A stretch of DNA of 38,184 bases from the IMG/VR virus record IMGVR_UViG_3300045988_128817; one strand, written 5' to 3'. Source of the stretch: a virus. The notes under the pieces are model-generated. The model was not told the DNA's origin. It was given only the letters and a program-made list of their open reading frames with translations, and did no database searches. The position numbers were made by a program, and so were the translations under genes. Positions 6,599-12,595 of this stretch are shown piece after piece; within the stretch, counting starts at the first letter, position 1, and every line of letters begins with the position of its first letter.

Positions 6599-7498
6599 TT
6601 ATTCGATACAATCCCAGAAATCGTTTTCATGGACAATTTGAATTTTTGAGCCGGACTTTCTTAAGTTGACAGCCTTTTCGACTTTGCGGCCATAACATGA
6701 AAATGCCCAGCACGGATTCCCCTCATCGCCCACTATAAGAAAGTCAGTATTTTTTACTACTGAATCTTTGAAAGTACCTCCTGCATCGGTTACTGCTTCA
6801 GCAATTTCTGTTCTGGAAGCTCTGGAAGATTTGCCAGTGAAACTGAAAATTTTATCTTTAAAAGTAATATTAGGCTGCATGCTACAGATTCCAGAGATTT
6901 GGTACTGTTCCTTCAACGCATCGATTTCTCTTTGGGAAATGTTGTAAGATTCTGCACAGTCAATAAAATCGCTCATAAAAGCAATTAGCATTCCTCTTTC
7001 ATCTTCTGTAATCACTCCATCCTGAAGGACTGTCGTGATTAAACTTCGAATCTCGTCATACGGATATGTTCCAATCAAGACATCTTCGTTTGAATCTAAC
7101 CAGTCATTAAGTCTTTTAATTTCTGTGTCACTTAATTTTTTATCAGCTAAGATTCCATGAAAAATTCCATGTAGTAGCTGTAGAGACAGAGTGATAAATC
7201 CATAATATTTACCGTCATTAAATTGATCGCAGACCCACAGAATATTTTCAATCTCTTCTTGTTCCAGAACATTATCAGAAAGAACTTCGATAATGACGGG
7301 AATCAACTCCTTGAATGGAGACTGGTGTTTATATGTCTTGTGTATATGCAACCAATTTCTTAACTCTTCAATTTCGGCCCGATTGACTTTTTCGTCAATG
7401 GTTATACCTTGCAAAAGCCCGCGTAGAGTAAGGAGCGCTTTTTCGGTTTCAGCCTTTCCCATATATTTTCTATAGTCCATAGTTTCATATGTTGACAT
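6599..7498 (-). CDS. Protein with three TerB-like helical repeats and a C-terminal BRCT domain (299 aa)
   Basis: The C-terminus FSFTGKSSRASRTEIAEAVTDAGGTFKDSVVKNTDFLIVGDEG...KVEKAVNL...IQIVHENDFW follows the LigA-type BRCT pattern. The N-terminus repeats the motif h.G...D..h...Eh..L..WL three times. Start is set at ATG 7498 (AAGGAAGG upstream). Confidence 0.6.
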   Translation of the reverse strand: MSTYETMDYRKYMGKAETEKALLTLRGLLQGITIDEKVNRAEIEELRNWLHIHKTYKHQSPFKELIPVIIEVLSDNVLEQEEIENILWVCDQFNDGKYYGFITLSLQLLHGIFHGILADKKLSDTEIKRLNDWLDSNEDVLIGTYPYDEIRSLITTVLQDGVITEDERGMLIAFMSDFIDCAESYNISQREIDALKEQYQISGICSMQPNITFKDKIFSFTGKSSRASRTEIAEAVTDAGGTFKDSVVKNTDFLIVGDEGNPCWAFSCYGRKVEKAVNLRKSGSKIQIVHENDFWDCIE

Positions 7499-7543
7499 AA
7501 GTAAGTTACCTTCCTTTCTCGGGATCGGGATATAACTCAAAAA

Positions 7544-7759
7544 TCAAAGTTCATTCTGGCACCTTGATTCAATTGACTGAACATCATCTTTTTCAAAGTC
7601 ATTTTTTTTAATATGACTTAATGCATGTTGATAGCTTTTCAAATGTGTTTCATAATTACACTTTGCATTAAGGAAGATACTGTAACTATCATCTTCGTTT
7701 CTGCAAACGGTTTCCTTTACTCCGATTGGAAGATCAATCAGATGGACGTTCAATGTCAT
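7544..7759 (-). CDS. Short ImmA/IrrE-like protein with a degenerate metal motif (HALSH instead of HEXXH)
   Basis: LIDLPIGVKE...SIFLNAKCNYETHLKSYQHALSHIKKNDF matches short phage ImmA-like proteins except for Glu to Ala in the motif. Its ATG overlaps the repressor stop (TAATG). Confidence 0.5.
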   Translation of the reverse strand: MTLNVHLIDLPIGVKETVCRNEDDSYSIFLNAKCNYETHLKSYQHALSHIKKNDFEKDDVQSIESRCQNEL

Positions 7760-8136
7760 TAATCATCAACCCCTTTTTCCTTTCTCTTCAGAGCCATTAA
7801 CATTTCGTGTGTAGTTTTTAGATCTTCCGGAGAAGAATCACGCGCTGCACTAAATAATAGTCGAAGTTCTTTATTGTCGAAGATTTCTTGTGCGATCTGA
7901 GCGGTTTCTTCGTTTAAATAGTATAGATTTGTATTTTCTTTTTCTTCATCATCTCCATAAAAATAAGATAATGGTACATCGAAATAATTACAGATAATTT
8001 CAATTTTATCTTTTTTAGGTGTGCTTTTTCCATTTTTCCAATCTGATAATGTAGCTGTCGATATTCCAGTGTCTTTATGAACTCTGTAAGGAGTTATTCC
8101 ATTAGCTTTTAGCAACTTTTCGAATTTTTGATACAT
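7759..8136 (-). CDS. CI-like lysogeny repressor, XRE HTH (125 aa)
   Basis: MYQKFEKLLKANGITPYRVHKDTGISTATLSDWKNGKSTPKKDKIEIICNYF plus a C-terminal extension. It is divergent from a Cro-like gene. AAGAGG RBS precedes ATG 8136. Confidence 0.85.
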   Translation of the reverse strand: MYQKFEKLLKANGITPYRVHKDTGISTATLSDWKNGKSTPKKDKIEIICNYFDVPLSYFYGDDEEKENTNLYYLNEETAQIAQEIFDNKELRLLFSAARDSSPEDLKTTHEMLMALKRKEKGVDD

Positions 8137-8171
8137 AATAAACCTCTTTTTCATCACGGAAAAATTTCTTG

Positions 8172-8310
8172 ATTGTATTGACTATAAAATAAAACGTGAT
8201 ATATTGGAGATAGATCAGAAAACAGTGATATATTCTGATACTACATCTCGGAAATATATTTCTGTTTGTAAAACACAATATATCATATTTCCGATATATG
8301 TGTAAAGAGG
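8172..8310. promoter_or_regulatory. Genetic switch region: divergent or face-to-face promoters and three TGATATATT operator copies
   Basis: Plus strand: TTGACT(8178-8183), 16-nt spacer, TGaTATATT (-10 hexamer 8200-8205). gtgatatatt occurs at 8196-8205 and 8225-8234, with an inverted copy at 8277-8286. That inverted copy is itself a minus-strand TGaTATATT with TTACAC(8305-8300) as -35. An alternative minus -10, TACAAT, lies at 8177-8172. A 12-bp palindrome gaaatatatttc lies at 8251-8262. Confidence 0.6.
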
Positions 8311-8319
8311 GGAGGGTAA

Positions 8320-8520
8320 TTGTTGTACAAAAAATTTAATAAGTTACTTAAAGATTGCGACAGAACAATATATAGAGTTTCAAAAGACACTGGAATATCA
8401 ACAGCTACGCTCTACAATTGGAAACGTGGAGTCAGTACTCCCAAAGTCGACAAACTCAAAAAATTAGCCGACTACTTCGGCGTGTCGATCGAGTACTTCC
8501 TGGAGGATGACGCCGGCTGA
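8320..8520 (+). CDS. Cro-like XRE HTH protein
   Basis: GGAGGG RBS with TTG start at 8320 or 8323. It is 66 aa and is an HTH paralogue of the CI-like protein. Confidence 0.8.
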   Translation: MLYKKFNKLLKDCDRTIYRVSKDTGISTATLYNWKRGVSTPKVDKLKKLADYFGVSIEYFLEDDAG

Positions 8521-8533
8521 GGGGGTGAGAAGA

Positions 8534-8713
8534 ATGATTGTTAAAAGAAAAGACTGGAAGAGTTTATGTAACCGAATAGAAAAATTAGAGAAAAGTGAGG
8601 AGCTGATCACAACTGCGGAACATGGAAAGAAAAGTCTGAAGTGGTATATACGGATGCTTTCTTCTTCGGTAAAAAGTGACCCCAGCAAGGAGCTGAGGTC
8701 GTGGGAGGATTAA
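8534..8713 (+). CDS. Hypothetical protein (59 aa)
   Basis: ATG 8534 follows GAGGGGGTGAG. Start was trimmed from the track ORF. Confidence 0.5.
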   Translation: MIVKRKDWKSLCNRIEKLEKSEELITTAEHGKKSLKWYIRMLSSSVKSDPSKELRSWED

Positions 8714-8892
8714 TCGATAGAATCCTTTATCACTTTTGCCAAAGAGGAAATTGCATAGAAGGTCATGGTAGAAAGACGATTTAAATCTTCTAATGTGGCA
8801 GTCTTATTAGAACCATTTTCAAATAGCGCCATATCTTTTCGATAATTTTCAATAATCTCGTCAAGAGTTTTATTTAATTGTGATTTATCCAT
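8710..8892 (-). CDS. Hypothetical protein (60 aa)
   Basis: AAAGGAGAAAAA RBS precedes ATG 8892. It is convergent with the cro operon, overlapping by 4 nt. Confidence 0.55.
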   Translation of the reverse strand: MDKSQLNKTLDEIIENYRKDMALFENGSNKTATLEDLNRLSTMTFYAISSLAKVIKDSID

Positions 8893-8973
8893 TTTATTTT
8901 TCTCCTTTCTTAATACTCGGCTGCTGCAACAGCCTGTAAGGAGATTATATCACAGCCAACGCAAATACCAGCA

Positions 8974-9006
8974 AACTTGCAATGAACTTGCAACGAACTT
9001 GCAATT
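8974..9006. repeat. Three tandem 11-bp repeats AACTTGCAAnn
   Basis: aacttgcaa at 8974-8982, 8985-8993 and 8996-9004, with one helical turn of spacing. They lie in a divergent intergenic region. Confidence 0.8.
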
Positions 9007-9072
9007 GTGCAGAGGTCAGAAGGTGGCTGAGAGACAAGGTGAACTACGCCAGCTAAGGAGGAAAAAACAAAC

Positions 9073-9186
9073 ATGAACACTTTTCGCAAAAGCCCGCAAG
9101 ACGATCCGCTGTATGGATGGAGGTGGGTGATATGGAGCGTAATCGGTTCGCTGTGCGTAGTGTGTGTGGCGTTGATACTCAAGTAA
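9073..9186 (+). CDS. Small membrane peptide (37 aa)
   Basis: Not in the track. AAGGAGG lies 9 nt upstream. The product is MNTFRKSPQDDPLYGWRWVIWSVIGSLCVVCVALILK. Confidence 0.5.
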   Translation: MNTFRKSPQDDPLYGWRWVIWSVIGSLCVVCVALILK

Positions 9187-9535
9187 GTAAGTGTTGTAGC
9201 AACACACCGAGACTGGTAGTTATTACACCGGCGAAAAAACCGAATATGCGTTCTTTCCAGCGTGCACCTGATTCAAGCTTTTGGTATTCCTCATATTTCA
9301 AACCTCTTTGAGTCAATGCGATGCCGCGATCCTTTTGACCGAAAGTCTTTGAATTACTGTATGCATATTCGGCGTATCCGCTGGAAATCAAGTTTTTCAC
9401 AATAGGAAACATGTCGTCGGCATCCATATGGGATATCTCACATATGTAACCATACGAAAAAGATTTGCGCGGTCCATCAGGTTCGCTATTGATGAGTAAG
9501 TCGATCATATCTTTTGATTTTTGGTCTATAAACAT
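9179..9535 (-). CDS. Winged-helix-like protein with a C-terminal transmembrane (TM) anchor
   Basis: AAAGGAG RBS. ICEISHMDADDMFPIVKNLISSGYAEY...GIALTQRGLKY resembles a wHTH. The tail IFGFFAGVITTSLGVLLQHLL is hydrophobic. Confidence 0.5.
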   Translation of the reverse strand: MFIDQKSKDMIDLLINSEPDGPRKSFSYGYICEISHMDADDMFPIVKNLISSGYAEYAYSNSKTFGQKDRGIALTQRGLKYEEYQKLESGARWKERIFGFFAGVITTSLGVLLQHLLT

Positions 9536-9590
9536 AAAAAACTCCTTTCATACTTAGTATACATGAAAAGGAGAGGAAGGAGAGAGCGGA

Positions 9591-9824
9591 GTGCAGTTTT
9601 ACGCAGATGATAAACCTGTGATTGATAAAGTAAAGAACAAAAAAGAAATAACAGAACTTTGCCATGTATGCAAGCATGCACGTATCCGGGAAAACGGAGG
9701 CGTTCGAATGGTGGAGGGGTGTGAGAAAGGTATGGTTGTTTGTGATGATTTTGAAGCGATTGGTTCGAAAAGGGAAAAATTTGAAAGAAATATCAGCAGT
9801 AGTATAGGCACAGGAAGGAGGTAA
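9591..9824 (+). CDS. Hypothetical Cys-containing protein (77 aa, GTG start)
   Basis: ORF preceded by a GGAGAGGAAGGAG RBS. Confidence 0.5.
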   Translation: MQFYADDKPVIDKVKNKKEITELCHVCKHARIRENGGVRMVEGCEKGMVVCDDFEAIGSKREKFERNISSSIGTGRR

Positions 9825-9956
9825 ATGGGCATGGATAACAACAATATGAGCCCTCTGACCCGCATGCTTCAAAGGGCTATTTCAATTACTATGGCCTTAT
9901 GTGCAATAGCTATTACGATCGCAGTGACAGTAAAAATTGTCATGTGGGCTATTTAG
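9825..9956 (+). CDS. Small membrane peptide (43 aa)
   Basis: Not in the track. GGAAGGAGGTAA precedes ATG 9825. The product is MGMDNNNMSPLTRMLQRAISITMALCAIAITIAVTVKIVMWAI. Confidence 0.5.
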   Translation: MGMDNNNMSPLTRMLQRAISITMALCAIAITIAVTVKIVMWAI

Positions 9957-9977
9957 AAGGGAGGTAAATAAACAAAC

Positions 9978-10169
9978 ATGCGAGCGAATCTAAAAAAAGC
10001 CCGGCAGGATGCAGGGCTGACGCAGAAGCAGGTGGCGGAGTATTTAAAAATTGACATACGATACTACAAAGCTGTAGAAAGCGGAGAACGCCTCGGAAGC
10101 ATATGGATATGGGATAAGCTCGAAGACTTGTTACATATTAATCAGCGGATTCTCCGTTCTGCCCAGTAG
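9978..10169 (+). CDS. XRE-family HTH protein (63 aa)
   Basis: LKKARQDAGLTQKQVAEYLKIDIRYYKAVESGER with a GGGAGG RBS. Confidence 0.7.
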   Translation: MRANLKKARQDAGLTQKQVAEYLKIDIRYYKAVESGERLGSIWIWDKLEDLLHINQRILRSAQ

Positions 10170-10346
10170 GTAGTCAGTAGATACTTCAAGTTTATCAGCG
10201 ATTTTGACCAACGTTTCAAGCGATGGGGAGCGATCGTTACTTTCGTAGTTGCGATAAGCTCTCAATCCCATAGATAGATGATCAGCCATTTGTTGCGCTG
10301 TGATACCTTTTGATTTTCGTGTTTGGTTGAGACGTTCAGAAAACAT
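10131..10346 (-). CDS. XRE-family HTH protein (71 aa), divergent from the early promoter
   Basis: RLNQTRKSKGITAQQMADHLSMGLRAYRNYESNDRSPSLETLVKIADKLEVSTDYLLGRT with an AAGGAGGA RBS. Its 3' end overlaps the 9978..10169 gene by 39 nt. Confidence 0.75.
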   Translation of the reverse strand: MFSERLNQTRKSKGITAQQMADHLSMGLRAYRNYESNDRSPSLETLVKIADKLEVSTDYLLGRTENPLINM

Positions 10347-10367
10347 ATTTGTCCTCCTTAAAAAATA

Positions 10368-10396
10368 TTGACAGTGTACAAATCGTACACTATAAT
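10368..10396 (+). promoter_or_regulatory. Perfect consensus promoter with a palindromic operator in the spacer
   Basis: TTGACA(10368-10373), 17-nt spacer, TATAAT(10391-10396). The spacer is gtgtac-aaatc-gtacac, a 6-bp perfect inverted repeat. Confidence 0.8.
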
Positions 10397-10445
10397 GACA
10401 TTAAAAATAAGTGCGCAAATTGAGCACTGTAAAATGGAGGGCAAA

Positions 10446-10676
10446 ATGACAACAGTAGCAAAAATAGAGCAAAAATGCGTAAGCAAACACGACAAAGGAA
10501 TCAGCGTAGACGATACCGTAAGAGCCTGCATTAATTGTGCATGGTATGAACAGTATCACCGGCAGAATCGAGGAAACGTCTACGGCTGGGTAGGGATCCA
10601 TATCGGATACTGTCTGAAACATGATCGAGAACATAATGCGCTTCGTCAAGCGTGCAAGGATTTTGAACGTGAATGA
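10446..10676 (+). CDS. Hypothetical Cys-rich early protein (76 aa)
   Basis: ATG 10446 follows GGAGGG. The longer track ORF would begin inside the promoter. Confidence 0.55.
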   Translation: MTTVAKIEQKCVSKHDKGISVDDTVRACINCAWYEQYHRQNRGNVYGWVGIHIGYCLKHDREHNALRQACKDFERE

Positions 10677-10774
10677 TGTCGTTCTCCGTGCGGAGGGCGT
10701 GGGTTGAAATAAATAAATGAACGCGAATAACGTACAAGCGCGAGAACATACAATCTCATAAAGGAGGTGAGATT

Positions 10775-10924
10775 ATGCCGAAAGTAGAATTTATTGGAGA
10801 GTTGAACATAGAAGATATGGTTGATTACATGGGCAAACTGCTGTCTGAGCAGTTTGGAGCGGAAATCACAATGAAGGCCGTTAAGATCGGAGAAAAGCAA
10901 GAATCTCAGGAAGACGCAGGCTGA
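10775..10924 (+). CDS. Hypothetical acidic protein (49 aa)
   Basis: Not in the track. AAAGGAGGTGAG lies 5 nt before ATG 10775. Confidence 0.5.
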   Translation: MPKVEFIGELNIEDMVDYMGKLLSEQFGAEITMKAVKIGEKQESQEDAG

Positions 10925-10966
10925 TGCCTGCCGGACGGGACAAGCTATATCGAAAGGAGTGAAACA

Positions 10967-11194
10967 ATGAAAAAAATCATTATTGGCACTGCACTTGCAG
11001 CCGGCTATCTCATTCTCTGTCGGCTGATGCGCGGCTACTGGGCATTAGACGGAGATCTGATCGTGATTGCTATGGCGACAGCGGCATATCTGATTTTGGA
11101 CAAGATGCCGGAACGGGATCGGGAAGGAAGAAATAACGAGCCTACATATATCAAAGTAGCGAAGGGGACAGATGGAATTGAAAAGGTCAGTTAA
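10967..11194 (+). CDS. Small two-TM membrane protein
   Basis: MKKIIIGTALAAGYLILC... and IVIAMATAAYLIL are hydrophobic segments. RBS is AAAGGAG. Confidence 0.55.
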   Translation: MKKIIIGTALAAGYLILCRLMRGYWALDGDLIVIAMATAAYLILDKMPERDREGRNNEPTYIKVAKGTDGIEKVS

Positions 11195-11327
11195 AAGGAA
11201 AAGGCGCATGTCTGCGGGAACAGAACATGCGCCGGTGAATGTGGATACATTCATAAATATACAAAGAGAGGATATCACAATATGGAAGAAAAGACAATAT
11301 TGATGATGGAAATATAGGAGTACGAAT

Positions 11328-11550
11328 ATGCTGCAGAAAAAAATATGAAATCGTAAAAGAGATTGCAGTAGCTCCTGCAGATGTTAACGGGTGGTCACTA
11401 CAACTGAATTTGATCAGCTGGAACGAAAATGCACCGAGATACGATTTGAGAGCATGGTCAAAAGAACGGGAGCGCATGAGCAAGGGGAAGACGTTGAGCA
11501 CAGAAGAATTAATGTGGCTGAAAAATGTACTGGAAGGGATGGATATTTAA
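11328..11550 (+). pseudogene. YdbC/PC4-like ssDNA-binding protein interrupted by a frameshift in an A7 tract
   Basis: AGGAG plus ATG 11328 reads MLQKKI then stops. The +1 frame from 11344 reads YEIVKEIAVAPADVNGWSLQLNLISWNENAPRYDLRAWSKERERMSKGKTLSTEELMWLKNVLEGMDI, matching the B. subtilis YdbC pattern (FEI.E..V......GW..ELN..SWN...PKYDIR.WS......GKGITLS.EE), but has no start codon. Confidence 0.7.
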
Positions 11551-11940
11551 ATGGTTGGGGAAATTGAAATGGACAGCTTTTATGGTACATGTAAGTTTTG
11601 TGGGCAGATGAAAATGGTGGATGCTGCAGATGAAGAGGATGCAAATGTAAAAGTAACGAATTCCTGTAGTTGCCCAGATGCCAGACTGATGAGAAAAAGA
11701 AAACAGATCAGGACTTTAATTACACAGATATGTGGAGAAGAGGGGGCAAAACGAGGGTTTGAACAACTGGACAGCGAACAGATGACGATTGTTATCCAAC
11801 TGGCAGAGATGGTGGAATCCGGACACGTTATAAGCGTAAATCTTCGAATGGCCGATTCTGCGATAAAGCTCAGCACGAATGCAGACGGAATTTTAAAATT
11901 TCGGCGAGACCGGAGTGAGACGATAGAGGAGGAAATATGA
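11551..11940 (+). CDS. Hypothetical Cys-containing early protein
   Basis: 129-aa ORF abutting the previous stop (TAAATG). An alternative ATG lies at 11569. Confidence 0.55.
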   Translation: MVGEIEMDSFYGTCKFCGQMKMVDAADEEDANVKVTNSCSCPDARLMRKRKQIRTLITQICGEEGAKRGFEQLDSEQMTIVIQLAEMVESGHVISVNLRMADSAIKLSTNADGILKFRRDRSETIEEEI

Positions 11941-12317
11941 TTGACTATTATAAGACATGCGCTGTAGCCAAACCGGTAGATAAAAAGAAAAAGAAATTGA
12001 TGAATGGATATAAGGACAAGCCAAACCGGATTTGTGTGGAGTGTGGGACCGGATATGCGGAAAGACACGAGATCTTTGGCGGAGCGAACCGTCAGCACAG
12101 TATCGAAGACAAATTACAGATTGATCTCTGTAAAGAATGTCACGATCGGTGGCATCGTGGGACAGATGCTGAAACCATAGAATGGAGAGAAAAATGGCGC
12201 AGCAGAGCGCAGCGTTGTTATGAAAAACGCATGATTGAAGCTGGTGCAAAACCGAAAAGAGCACGAAAAATTTTCATGGATCGATATGGAATCAATACAT
12301 TGCCGGAGATTCATTAA
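11937..12317 (+). CDS. NinG-like / HNH-fold zinc-binding phage protein
   Basis: CVECGT..AERHEIFGGANRQHSIEDKLQIDLCKECHDRWH resembles the Firmicutes-phage family often labelled NinG-like. Confidence 0.4.
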   Translation: MIDYYKTCAVAKPVDKKKKKLMNGYKDKPNRICVECGTGYAERHEIFGGANRQHSIEDKLQIDLCKECHDRWHRGTDAETIEWREKWRSRAQRCYEKRMIEAGAKPKRARKIFMDRYGINTLPEIH

Positions 12318-12595
12318 CTAACTCTGATATGAGGAACGAGTCTGCCTGAAACAGAAGAACTGGGAAAGGCAAGCGAATATCTCATCCGTGACACAGATTC
12401 GTTCTTTATATATAAGGGAGCGGCCACCTGACAACTGAATATTGATAAGTGACTCTTACGAAACAATCTCGGCCGCTCCTGCTTATCGGATAAAAAGCCC
12501 TGGCATCCGCCAGGGCATCGTTATAGCCAATTTCAAACGGGCGCCGGCGCGGCCGTAATATATCTTGATAAAGATATTAATCTAAGGGACATGAG
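12318..12595. other. Highly structured 278-nt intergenic region upstream of Rep; candidate replication origin
   Basis: Nested or serial stems: gaacgagtctg(12333-12343)/cagattcgttc(12394-12404), ggagcggcc(12417-12425)/ggccgctcc(12471-12479) and gccctggc/gccagggc(12497-12516). There is a GC-rich run gggcgccggcgcggccg followed by an AT-rich inverted repeat atatctt-gata-aagatat. Confidence 0.45.
12492..12516 (-). terminator. Canonical intrinsic terminator oriented against all neighbouring genes
   Basis: An 8-bp GC stem gccctggc-atcc-gccagggc. The U-tract (revcomp of aaaaa 12492-12496) is present only when read on the minus strand. Confidence 0.5.

Noticed and set aside
8974-9006. Possible CRISPR-like array (also considered for the 16136..16375 repeats)
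   Set aside because: The repeat units are only 11 bp with 2-nt gaps, or are in-frame codon repeats. There are no spacers and no cas genes.
8910-9207. Two overlapping minus-strand ORFs (90 and 63 aa)
   Set aside because: They lack an RBS and span the 11-bp repeat array and the RBS-supported plus-strand peptide gene. They are most likely non-coding.
11580-12264. 172-aa and 123-aa minus-strand ORFs; the same applies to 14316..14888 and 9486..9872
   Set aside because: They are antisense to tightly packed plus-strand early genes that have RBSs. None shows motifs or translation signals.
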